Positions 28,569-37,008 are shown, counted from the stretch's first letter. The stretch is 39,556 nt of DNA from an uncultured Eubacteriales bacterium (GCA_964456355.1 CAYWAF010000002.1:13975-53530); one strand, 5' to 3'. Notes: a model not told the origin generated them from the sequence alone. Program-made: numbers and translations.

Positions 28569-29686
28569 GTGCGTACGAGTGCACCTCATGCGGGACCGTC
28601 TACGCTCACGAGTTGGCATCGTGCACGTTCTGCGGCGCCGCTCTCTCCGAGCTCGAACCACAGGACGGGCGGGTGCTCGCCGTCACCGAGGTGACCACCC
28701 CTTCGGTGGGCCACGAGGACGTGCCGTACTGGTGTGCGCTCACCGAGGTCGGCGATGGCCGATACTCCATAGTCAAGCTCGACAGGGCGGTCGAGGTGGG
28801 CGAGACGATACCGGCTCGCGGCATCACTGCCGAGGCCCGTTACGCGGTAGGCGTGCTCGGATCGGGGGCCATGGGACGCGGGCTGACGGAACTGCTCCTC
28901 TTCCAGGGTCACGAGGTCGTCTGGGTGAGCCGTTCTCTCGAGCGTCTGGAGAGAGGGAGGGCGAAGGTGGCCGACCGCCTGGCGCGCGTGATGGACGAAA
29001 CCGAGGTCGCAGAGGCGCTTTCGAGACTCACCATCGCAGACACATACTCCGCTCTCGAGCCATGCGACATAGTGATAGAGGCGATAGTCGAGGAGATAGA
29101 GCCCAAGAAGCGTGTCCTCGCAGAGGTGGAGGCGGTCGTCTCCGAGGACACCCTGATAGCCACCAACACGTCGTCTCTGCCGCTCGATGAGATGTCGGCG
29201 CAGATGCAGCACCCCGAGCGCTTCGGTGGCCTGCACTTCTTCAACCCGCCCACACGCATGCGTCTCGTCGAGGCCGTCCGTGGTCCGATGACCACGGAGG
29301 AGACCTCACGGATCATGAACGAGTTCGCCCGACGTCTGGGCAAGGTCCCCGTGCCGGTCGAAGCAGGCCCGGGCTTCGTCGTCAACCGGGTGCTCATGCC
29401 CCTTCTGAACGAGGCCGTACGTACTCTGGAAGAGGGTATAGCGCCCGCCGAAGACATCGACGAGGCTGTCCGTCTGGGACTCAACCATCCGATGGGACCG
29501 CTGGCCCTGGCCGACCTCATCGGCCTGGATGTCGTGGTGAGGATAATGGACGATCTCCACACGCGCCTCGGCGATGAAGCATATGCGCCCAGGCCGATGC
29601 TCAGAAGGTTGGTCGAGGAGGGCAAGTTGGGGCGCAAGACCGGCGAGGGCTTCTACGTCTACACCCCTCCACCCGTGTCGGGGTGA
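28565..29686 (+). CDS. Fusion: DUF35-type zinc-ribbon/OB-fold domain + NAD-dependent 3-hydroxyacyl-CoA (3-hydroxybutyryl-CoA) dehydrogenase
   Basis: The first ~95 aa carry CTSC..(n)..CTFCG followed by an OB-like segment. Next come the Rossmann motif VGVLGSGAMGRG and the HBD motifs IATNTSSL, HFFNPP, PGFVVNR and GRKTGEGFY. The track ORF start at 28259 lies off-frame inside the thiolase gene and was rejected. Confidence 0.8.
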   Translation: MSAYECTSCGTVYAHELASCTFCGAALSELEPQDGRVLAVTEVTTPSVGHEDVPYWCALTEVGDGRYSIVKLDRAVEVGETIPARGITAEARYAVGVLGSGAMGRGLTELLLFQGHEVVWVSRSLERLERGRAKVADRLARVMDETEVAEALSRLTIADTYSALEPCDIVIEAIVEEIEPKKRVLAEVEAVVSEDTLIATNTSSLPLDEMSAQMQHPERFGGLHFFNPPTRMRLVEAVRGPMTTEETSRIMNEFARRLGKVPVPVEAGPGFVVNRVLMPLLNEAVRTLEEGIAPAEDIDEAVRLGLNHPMGPLALADLIGLDVVVRIMDDLHTRLGDEAYAPRPMLRRLVEEGKLGRKTGEGFYVYTPPPVSG

Positions 29687-29688
29687 CC

Positions 29689-30843
29689 TCAGAGCTTGAC
29701 GTAGATCTTCCGCCTGTCCAGCCATGCTGCGACCACGAACCACATGGCGACCTCCGCGCCTGACACCAGAAGCGAAGCGGCGACGTTCCCGAGGTAAGGC
29801 GCCAGGGCGACTCCGGCCCCGGGGAAGAAACGCATCTGCGTCCCCGGGATGACGAGGTGCCTGGCCACCACGACCAAGGCACTCGAGCCGACGTATATCA
29901 ACAGCGCGTTACGCCCCATGGGCACCAACCATCGCAGATAGCGGTCATGCCCTTCGAGGTCCGCGACGTAGTACATGGCGGCCAGGATGACGGTGCATAC
30001 GCCGGACGTCACCATCACGAACGTCGGGGTCCAGAGTTCTTTGTTTATCGGCAGAGAGAGAAGCGATGCGGTCACCCATCCACATGCGGCCAGAGCGGCG
30101 CCCATCAATGCCAGTCGTCCCACTTGCTTCGCGCCCTTCGGGAATCGTATCAGCCACATCCCCGTGGCAAGGCCCAAGAGCGCTTGCGCTCCTGCCGAGA
30201 GCGTTCCCAAGACGCCCTCGGGATCGAATCCGAGGTGACGATAGGTGTGCCCCATCCCTAGGACGAGTGTGTCTATGTAGCCGGAGATGTTCGCCTCCAT
30301 GCTGCTGAGGTCTCCCGGGACCACCCCCGGCGCACCGACCCCGAGCAGGACCACACCGTGCAAGACGAGCAGCACCGCGGCCCCGACGAGCACCCAGCGG
30401 ATCCTCGAACGCGTGAAAGGCCACGCGATGAGCAGCGAGAGCGCTATGCGCTGCAGAACGCCCAGATACCTCAATGGGAGGCCGTACTTTATCAGGTTGA
30501 GCCCCAGCCCTATCGCGAACAGGACGGCGACGCGTCTCAGGAAGACGAGGGTAGCCGCTTTGAAGTCGAGGTCCTTCTTGCGGCTGACCGAGTATGCGAG
30601 GGAGACCCCTGCTATCCAGATGAAGGCGGGGAAGACGAAGTCCGGCAGCCTCAAACCATGCCACTCCGGATGCACCAGGAAAGCCGGGAGCGAGGCGATG
30701 ATCGTCGGGTGGTCCATGAATATCATCAGGGCCACGGTGATCGCTCGGGCTGCGTCCAGGGAGACGACGCGTTTTTTCTTCACTTGGCTCTGGCCCGCAG
30801 GTCCATCTTCCCTGGGTCCGACAGGTCTTTCCTCAGCCGACAT
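29689..30843 (-). CDS. Multi-TM acyltransferase-like protein, HGSNAT/DUF1624-DUF5009 family (heparan-alpha-glucosaminide N-acetyltransferase-like)
   Basis: The N-terminal RVVSLDAARAITVALMIFMDH matches the family's R..SLD..RG...M...H start as I remember it. About 10 TM segments follow. Its stop codon is 2 nt from the convergent HBD stop. Confidence 0.55.
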   Translation of the reverse strand: MSAEERPVGPREDGPAGQSQVKKKRVVSLDAARAITVALMIFMDHPTIIASLPAFLVHPEWHGLRLPDFVFPAFIWIAGVSLAYSVSRKKDLDFKAATLVFLRRVAVLFAIGLGLNLIKYGLPLRYLGVLQRIALSLLIAWPFTRSRIRWVLVGAAVLLVLHGVVLLGVGAPGVVPGDLSSMEANISGYIDTLVLGMGHTYRHLGFDPEGVLGTLSAGAQALLGLATGMWLIRFPKGAKQVGRLALMGAALAACGWVTASLLSLPINKELWTPTFVMVTSGVCTVILAAMYYVADLEGHDRYLRWLVPMGRNALLIYVGSSALVVVARHLVIPGTQMRFFPGAGVALAPYLGNVAASLLVSGAEVAMWFVVAAWLDRRKIYVKL

Positions 30844-30940
30844 GCCCCTCCAGCCCGATGACGGTCAGCAGAATGGGTCGTGCAAGCGCATCATGGTGGT
30901 GTCATGATACAGGAGTCATATCTCGTGTGAGGGGATTTCT

Positions 30941-31756
30941 TTGGGGCGCTGGAAGAAGGTACTCATCGTCGTCTTCGCCGTCATCGGAGTATCGATGGCG
31001 GTGGTTGTCTTCTGGCGTTGGCCGAGGGCCGTGCCCATACTCGATGCAGACACCGTCCTGGTGATAAGCCCCCATCCCGATGACGAGACGTATGCGATGG
31101 CTGAGGCGATAGCCGAGCAGGTGATGGCAGGGAAGCAGGTCATAGGAGTCCTGGTGACCGACGGAGAGAAGAGCGACCGTGTGGAGGAGTGGACCGTCGA
31201 GGAGGGGACCGACCTCGATGATGACGGTGATGTCGACAGGTGGGACTTCGGCCTTGCCAGGCGTGCCGAGTACAAGAAGGCCATGACCGCCCTAGGGGTC
31301 AGGCGCATGGTCTTCCTAGGTCGGGCCGATACTCAGGGCAGGGCAGGGTTCCGTGATGGCTCGGTGGATGCAGGCGATGTCGAGAAGGCTTTGTCAGAGA
31401 TCGCCGAGCGCTATCCCGAGGTCGGTTACATGACGGTCATGCGCTACCTTCCCGAGCACAGGCTCGTCGGTGATGCCAGGCTCCACGAGGACCACACGGC
31501 CGTGTGCGAGGCAACCAAGTCCTTGGCGCAGGCGCGCGGCGAGACGGCGTACTTCTACAAAGTCTACGTCCTCTATCACTCCGAGTGGTGGAAGCGCTGG
31601 GCGCCACGGTTCGTCCGGGGCAGCGACGAGGCTTTCGAGCGCAAGCAGGCCGCTGTGGACGCATACTCCGAGATGGGGGCGGCAAGCACTCCCGATCTCT
31701 GGGAATCGGCTCGCGAGAGCCGCGTGGAGTACCTGGTTCCTTCGGATTGGTTCTGA
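30941..31756 (+). CDS. PIG-L/LmbE-family N-acetylglucosaminyl deacetylase with N-terminal membrane anchor
   Basis: TTG start lies 7 nt after GAGGGGA. One N-terminal TM helix precedes the PIG-L signature VISPHPDDETYAM. The later HEDH is a possible metal ligand. Confidence 0.8.
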   Translation: MGRWKKVLIVVFAVIGVSMAVVVFWRWPRAVPILDADTVLVISPHPDDETYAMAEAIAEQVMAGKQVIGVLVTDGEKSDRVEEWTVEEGTDLDDDGDVDRWDFGLARRAEYKKAMTALGVRRMVFLGRADTQGRAGFRDGSVDAGDVEKALSEIAERYPEVGYMTVMRYLPEHRLVGDARLHEDHTAVCEATKSLAQARGETAYFYKVYVLYHSEWWKRWAPRFVRGSDEAFERKQAAVDAYSEMGAASTPDLWESARESRVEYLVPSDWF

Positions 31757-31794
31757 TCCTACGGCAGGAGTCCGGCGCGTGCCCGAGGCGGGTC

Positions 31795-33960
31795 CTAACT
31801 TTTGGACCGTATCCTTCCTTCGACGATGAGACCGGCGAAGATCCTTGCAAGTTCGGGGTCGAACTGGGTGCCCGCGCACTGCAGGATCTCTTCAGCAGCC
31901 TCGTTGTCGTTGCAGCTCTTACGGTACGGGCGGTCGGAGGTCATGGCGTCGAAGGCGTCGCATATGCACAGCATGCGTGCTTCGTAAGGTATCTCCTCGC
32001 CACGCAACCCGTTGGGATAGCCGGCTCCGTCCCATCGCTCATGATGGGCAAGCACCCACGGCAGTATCTCATCGCGCACGCTCGCGCGGAGTATCTGCAC
32101 GCCTAACGCCGGGTGGTTCATTATCCGCTTGAACTCGTCGGGCTCGAGAGCGGTGGGCTTGGTGAGTATCGCATCCGGCACGCCGATCTTGCCGATGTCG
32201 TGCAGAAGCCCGGCGGCGACGAGCAGCGGCAGCTTCTCCTCGGGGTAATCGACGGTCTTCGCGAACACCTCTACATGCTCTGAGACGTTGCGGGAATGAC
32301 TTTCCGTATAGGGGTCTCTCGCGTCGACTGCAGCTGCCAAGGACTCGATCAGCTTGGTGTGAGAGATCTCTTCCACCTTCAGCCGGTGCTCCGCGGAGTC
32401 CAGGGCCTCCACCGTCTGAGGATCGAAGATGATGATGGAGTTCCCGCCCGAGACCTTGGCCCAGTACGAGGCACCCTCAGCGAAGCGTATGAGGTCGTTT
32501 ATGTCCGATGTGTGCATCGGTATCGATGCGATACCGATCGAGAGATGGAGTGGCTCGTCGGTGCCGTCGTTGGGGCCCTCTGCCCTTCGGACCACTCTCA
32601 GACAGTCCTGGTACGCCTGCACGGCATCGGTGACGGGAAGGATCACGGCGATGTCATCGCCTCCTATGCGGAAGACCGTGTCATAATCGCGGACGTTGGC
32701 CTTGATCATCCTGGCGAGCCAGCGTATGCGGTTGTCTCCGGCAGAGTAGCCGTATCGGAGGTTGAACGCCTCGAAATCGTCGATGTCTATCACGCAAAGA
32801 CTCAAAGCATCGCCGTCATGGAGGGCGTGCTTGACCTCACGCGCGAGTCTTTCCCGGAAGTACCGGTAGTTGAAAAGACCGGTCAGCGGGTCCAGATACG
32901 ATTCCTCCGACAACCTGCGGTTCTCCAAGGTGATGACCGCGCTGCGAGCCACGACGAGCATCGCGACCGCTGCAGCGGAGAAGGAGACTATCGTCTGCGT
33001 CAGTGGATCTGATGCGTACGTGGCCATGTAGATGAGGGCCGGCAGACCCAGGATGCCGATCATCAACGAGGCGATGCCGGGCCAGTGGGGGAGGTCGAGT
33101 TCGGGGGTGGGCTCCCGGTAGACCGATTGGGGCTCGGTCAGTCGCGTGAGTCCGGCGAGCGCCAGCAACGAGGCGGTGATGACCCACAGGGAGTCCACTG
33201 CACCCGTATATGGCTCGCCCGCCTCATAGAATCCCCATACCGCTCCCACGGTGCTTCCCAGTATCCCGAAGGCCGAGACGGTGAGAGCTGCGAGTATGAG
33301 GAGCACGTGAGGATGCCATCGGCTACGCCGGAACGCCAGGAGATAGATGACCACCGCGAAGCTGACCACGGGATACAGGATCAGCGCGACCCTTCCCATC
33401 ACCGAGGTGTCACTCTCCAAAGCGTTCAACGGTGCGAGGATGAAGAGGTATGCAAGAGCCAGCATGAGCATGAACATCGTGGCGAAGTCGATCATGTTGC
33501 GCAGTTTTCTCAGGCCGACCACCTGGAACGGTTCGGTCATCAGCAGGACCACGGGGATGAACATCAGAAAGCCGATGGTGAACATGTAGTCCTCGAACGA
33601 GCCGGGTGGAGGGTAGTCCCCGAAGGCGAACACGTGATAGGCGCGATAGGCCATCCCTGCGAAGAAGAACGACATCCCTACGGCGATCAGCAGCCACGTG
33701 CGCCGTTCCTTGCCTCTGGTGCTCGATGCAGTGAAGAAGTTGGAGAGGATCGCTGTGCCTATGGGGACGAGGAACATGAGCGCGGAGATCTTCGCGCGCG
33801 TCTCCGTGGGCCAAGGGGCGAGTTGAACGGCCAGGAACAGGCCGAGGAACGTTGCAGCAGAGAACCAGGCCGGGCTCCGCAACGTCGTGACCTTCTTGCG
33901 AAGGTCACCCCACCCTTTTTCTGCGAGCAGCCCGTCCCCTCTGTCGACGGCTTCATGCAC
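31795..33960 (-). CDS. Multi-TM sensor protein with degenerate GGDEF domain and intact HD-GYP phosphodiesterase domain
   Basis: About 9-10 N-terminal TM segments are present. The GGDEF fold has LDPLTGLFNYRYF with the signature changed to GGDDI, preceded by RDYD at the I-site spacing. HD-GYP motifs are HDIGKIGVPD and HHERWDGAGYPNGL. Confidence 0.85.
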   Translation of the reverse strand: MHEAVDRGDGLLAEKGWGDLRKKVTTLRSPAWFSAATFLGLFLAVQLAPWPTETRAKISALMFLVPIGTAILSNFFTASSTRGKERRTWLLIAVGMSFFFAGMAYRAYHVFAFGDYPPPGSFEDYMFTIGFLMFIPVVLLMTEPFQVVGLRKLRNMIDFATMFMLMLALAYLFILAPLNALESDTSVMGRVALILYPVVSFAVVIYLLAFRRSRWHPHVLLILAALTVSAFGILGSTVGAVWGFYEAGEPYTGAVDSLWVITASLLALAGLTRLTEPQSVYREPTPELDLPHWPGIASLMIGILGLPALIYMATYASDPLTQTIVSFSAAAVAMLVVARSAVITLENRRLSEESYLDPLTGLFNYRYFRERLAREVKHALHDGDALSLCVIDIDDFEAFNLRYGYSAGDNRIRWLARMIKANVRDYDTVFRIGGDDIAVILPVTDAVQAYQDCLRVVRRAEGPNDGTDEPLHLSIGIASIPMHTSDINDLIRFAEGASYWAKVSGGNSIIIFDPQTVEALDSAEHRLKVEEISHTKLIESLAAAVDARDPYTESHSRNVSEHVEVFAKTVDYPEEKLPLLVAAGLLHDIGKIGVPDAILTKPTALEPDEFKRIMNHPALGVQILRASVRDEILPWVLAHHERWDGAGYPNGLRGEEIPYEARMLCICDAFDAMTSDRPYRKSCNDNEAAEEILQCAGTQFDPELARIFAGLIVEGRIRSKS

Positions 33961-34240
33961 GTGGAGCCTGCCCTTTCTTCGAGCCGGTATGGGACATGAT
34001 TCACTTTCTTAAAGAGTATATGTGTCGTGAGGTCATGAATCGAAACCCAGAAACCACTTCGTTCAATAAAAAGCGAATTGCTGCAACCCCTGGTTTCCGA
34101 AACATATCTGAAACACAACAGCGAGAGAATGTGTCGTTGTGACCGAGAGACATGCGGTATGCGCCGCTCGATCCGGGAGCGGGAACCACACCAGACTTCT
34201 TGGATGCAGCCGGCGTGTGTATCGATCGAGGAGGTATGTG

Positions 34241-35578
34241 ATGACACCCAAGTTCGACAAGGAATACGTCCTGAAGACCGTCGAGGAGCGTAACGTCAAG
34301 TTCATACGCTTCTGGTTCACGGACGTGCTCGGCGTCCTCAAATCGTTCGCCGTGACCGACAGCGAGTTGGAAACCGCGTTCGAGGAAGGCATGGGCTTCG
34401 ATGGCTCCTCGATCGACGGCTTCACACGCATCCAGGAATCCGACATGGTAGCGGTTCCGGATGCGAGCACGTTCCAGATAATCCCGTGGCGTCCCGAGGA
34501 GCACGGCGTAGCGCGACTGTTCGCGGATGTGCAGAGACCCGACGGCACGCCTTTCGAGGGTGATCCCCGTTATGCACTCAAGCGGATGATCAAGAAGGCG
34601 GCCGACATGGGATACACGATGTATGTCGGCCCGGAACTCGAGTTCTTCTACTTCACCGACGAGTGCGACACCCAGATCCTCGACAAAGGCGGGTATTTCG
34701 ACCTGACTCCCCTGGATATGGCCAGCGACCTCCGTCGTGAAACGGTGCTCACGCTGGAGAAGATGGGCATCCCGGTCGAGTACTCGCATCATGAGGTCGC
34801 TCCGTCCCAGCACGAGATCGACCTTCGTTACCAGGACGTCCTGACGATGGCGGACGCCGTCATGACGTACCGACTGGTCGTCAAGGAGGTCGCCTATGCG
34901 AACGGGGTCTATGCGAGCTTCATGCCCAAGCCCATCGCCGGCGAGAACGGCTCCGGCATGCATACCCACCAGTCGCTCTTCGACAAGGACGGCAACGCTT
35001 TCTTCGATGCGAACGACCCCGAGGGCTACAACCTCTCCAAGGTCGGCAAGCACTACATCGCCGGTCTGCTGAAGTATGCTCCGGAGTTCTGTGCGGTCAC
35101 CAACCCGCTTGTCAACTCCTACAAGCGTCTGATACCGGGCTTCGAGGCTCCCACCTACGTCACCTGGGCTCGCCGCAACCGTTCGGCCCAGGTACGCGTG
35201 CCCATGTACAAGCCGGGCAAGGAGGCAGCTACCCGCGTCGAGCTCCGCTCACCCGATCCCTCCTGCAACCCCTACCTCGCTTTCGCGGTGATGTTGGGTG
35301 CGGGTCTGAAGGGTATCGAGGAGGAGCTCGAACTCATGCCGGAGGCCACCAACAACATTTTCAGCATGACGGAGGCAGAGCTCGAAGAAGCCGGCATCGT
35401 GACTCTGCCGAAGAACCTCGGCGAGGCCATCGAGTTGTTCGAGCAGTCAGAGGCGATGCACGAGATACTCGGCGACCACATCCACACCTTCTATGCCGAG
35501 AACAAGAAGGCCGAGTGGAACGAGTACATAATGCAGGTCACTCCGTGGGAGCTCGACCGTTACCTTCCGACCGTCTAG
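34241..35578 (+). CDS. glnA: Glutamine synthetase type I
   Basis: ATG 34241 lies 5 nt after GAGGAGGT. Motifs: FIRFWFTDVLG, GFDGSSIDGF, GPELEFF, HHEVAPSQHEID, MPKPIAGENGSGMHTHQSL, NSYKRLIPGFEAP, RNRSAQVRVP. Confidence 0.93.
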   Translation: MTPKFDKEYVLKTVEERNVKFIRFWFTDVLGVLKSFAVTDSELETAFEEGMGFDGSSIDGFTRIQESDMVAVPDASTFQIIPWRPEEHGVARLFADVQRPDGTPFEGDPRYALKRMIKKAADMGYTMYVGPELEFFYFTDECDTQILDKGGYFDLTPLDMASDLRRETVLTLEKMGIPVEYSHHEVAPSQHEIDLRYQDVLTMADAVMTYRLVVKEVAYANGVYASFMPKPIAGENGSGMHTHQSLFDKDGNAFFDANDPEGYNLSKVGKHYIAGLLKYAPEFCAVTNPLVNSYKRLIPGFEAPTYVTWARRNRSAQVRVPMYKPGKEAATRVELRSPDPSCNPYLAFAVMLGAGLKGIEEELELMPEATNNIFSMTEAELEEAGIVTLPKNLGEAIELFEQSEAMHEILGDHIHTFYAENKKAEWNEYIMQVTPWELDRYLPTV

Positions 35579-35605
35579 ATAGGTCTGTAGGCGACCTATC
35601 GCTGA

Positions 35606-35644
35606 CAACGATGCCGGGCGGGGGCACCTCGCCCGGCATCGTTG
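35606..35644 (+). terminator. Strong 15-bp perfect stem-loop after glnA
   Basis: The sequence is CAACGATGCCGGGCG-ggggcacct-CGCCCGGCATCGTTG, followed by CATT. A 7-bp hairpin, ATAGGTC/GACCTAT (35579-35599), precedes it. Confidence 0.6.
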
Positions 35645-35670
35645 CATTCCGGTAGTTCGGGCCGGAGCGC

Positions 35671-35676
35671 TAGAAT
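35671..35676 (+). promoter_or_regulatory. -10-like TAGAAT 7 nt before the regulator ATG (leaderless configuration)
   Basis: The context is gcTAGAATcaggcacATG, and no Shine-Dalgarno is present. Confidence 0.4.
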
Positions 35677-35683
35677 CAGGCAC

Positions 35684-36349
35684 ATGAAACGCGTTCTCAT
35701 AGCCTCGGATGATGCACATACCCGTGCCTGGGTGATGAATGCCCTGGGCGCTTTGGACGTGAGTCTGACGGAGGTGCCGTTCGAAGAGATGGTCTCTGCG
35801 ATCGTCTCAGGCGACGTGGATGCGGTGGTCTTGGACGGCGGGCGTGATCCGGGATCACAGATGCTGGCCGTCGATGCGGCTCTCAACGGTGGGGCAGAGA
35901 TCAAGGTGCTCCTTCTCGTCGAAGCCGACCATCTCGCTGAACTGCGGATGTCTGCTCGCCCGTCGGCCGACTTCATCGTGAGAGGTGCATCCTCCGAGGA
36001 AGTCACAGCCCGCATGCGGACTCTGTTGTGGCCGGGAGAAGAGGCCACCTCACAGGAGTTCGTCCGCATCGACGACCTCACACTCAACCTGGCCACCTAC
36101 CAGGCGTATCGCGGTGCAGATCCTATAGACTTCACATATCTGGAGTACGCACTCTTCGCTTTCCTGGTCACGCATCCCAACAGGGCTTACAGTCGCGAGA
36201 CGCTCCTGCGGCGCGTCTGGGGCACGGACTACTACGGAGGTCTGCGCACCGTCGATGTCCACATCAGACGCATCCGTTCGAAGATAGGTCCGGAGCTCGG
36301 CAAGCGACTGGAGACCGTTCGCAACGTCGGTTATCTCTGGAGTGGTTGA
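35684..36349 (+). CDS. glnR: OmpR-family winged-helix regulator with atypical receiver, GlnR-like
   Basis: The C-terminal part, LTLNLATYQA...FTYLEYALFAFL...RVWGTDYYGGLRTVDVHIRRIRSKIGPELGKRLETVRNVGY, closely follows the actinobacterial GlnR/OmpR DNA-binding pattern. The receiver-like N-terminus has DD and VVLDGGRD but no adjacent kinase. It lies directly downstream of glnA. Confidence 0.65.
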   Translation: MKRVLIASDDAHTRAWVMNALGALDVSLTEVPFEEMVSAIVSGDVDAVVLDGGRDPGSQMLAVDAALNGGAEIKVLLLVEADHLAELRMSARPSADFIVRGASSEEVTARMRTLLWPGEEATSQEFVRIDDLTLNLATYQAYRGADPIDFTYLEYALFAFLVTHPNRAYSRETLLRRVWGTDYYGGLRTVDVHIRRIRSKIGPELGKRLETVRNVGYLWSG

Positions 36350-36386
36350 GAGGACGCCCCGTGGCGTCCGCATGCGACGCATGCAG

Positions 36387-36412
36387 AAAGGGACGCCGAG
36401 CGGCGCCCCTTT
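36387..36412. terminator. Bidirectional terminator-like hairpin between convergent glnR-like and DUF1269-like genes
   Basis: The sequence is AAAGGGaCGCC-gagc-GGCGcCCCTTT, with T-runs on both strands. Two more hairpins precede it: GGACGCC/GGCGTCC (36352-36369) and GCATGCG/CGCATGC (36370-36384). Confidence 0.45.
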
Positions 36413-36440
36413 CGTCACGGTCGAAGGTCGTTGCCGACCA

Positions 36441-36950
36441 TCAGCCCTCGCTCAAGGCTTGATCGATGGCAGCTTTCGCCTCATCAGCGTTCTCGTCGAT
36501 CTCTTTCTTCATGATCTTGGCGGCCTTCTTCATCATGTTCTCGACGCCGGCCTCCACGGTGCTCTCGGCGATGATGACCACAGCGGCTTCGCCTGCATCC
36601 AGCGCTTCGCCCATCTCTTTGAGGTCGCTTCGCTTCATGACCTTGCTGAAGTTGGCGACCAGGGCGCCGACACCAGCGCCTGCACCTGCAAGAGCCAGTA
36701 GACTGACAGGGAAGAACAGCCCCATCACGGCGCCGGCGATGAGACCGGCCTTGGCTCCGGTCGCGCGCTCGGTCACGTCGGTGTCGAGGATCTTGACGTT
36801 GCCCTCCTCGTCCTTCTCGAACAGTGCGGCCTCATAGCGGCCCACGAACTTCTCTTTGCGCAAGACCTTGATGGACTCGAAGTCAGCCTTCGCATCGTCG
36901 ACGTTGTCGTATGCGCCCAGGAACACGAACAGACCATCCGGTTCTGACAT
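36441..36950 (-). CDS. DUF1269-like membrane protein (stress-protein-like N-domain + Gly-zipper TM)
   Basis: The N-terminus is VFLGAYDNVDDAKADF...DEEGNVKI. A central Gly/Ala-rich TM region reads GLIAGAVMGLFFP...LAGAGAGVGAL. The family assignment is from memory. Confidence 0.45.
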   Translation of the reverse strand: MSEPDGLFVFLGAYDNVDDAKADFESIKVLRKEKFVGRYEAALFEKDEEGNVKILDTDVTERATGAKAGLIAGAVMGLFFPVSLLALAGAGAGVGALVANFSKVMKRSDLKEMGEALDAGEAAVVIIAESTVEAGVENMMKKAAKIMKKEIDENADEAKAAIDQALSEG

Positions 36951-37008
36951 GGTTCCCTCTCTTCCTCGATGTGAACGTACAGGTTCTCATATACCCGTGG
37001 ACCGTGTT

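Noticed and set aside
33961-34240. Glutamine riboswitch (glnA RNA motif) or a Bacillus-type TnrA/GlnR site (TGTNA-N7-TNACA) upstream of glnA
   Set aside because: A CGTTCA string is present, but the conserved GGACGGAAG-type partner and three-stem architecture are not. The TGTGA...AGACA element (near 34137-34151) has the wrong spacing (5 nt, not 7).
34001-35053. 350-aa ORF antisense to glnA, and 33759-34247 (162 aa) spanning the glnA upstream region
   Set aside because: glnA is unambiguous on the + strand. The 162-aa ORF crosses a non-coding AT-rich intergenic region and has no RBS or motif support.
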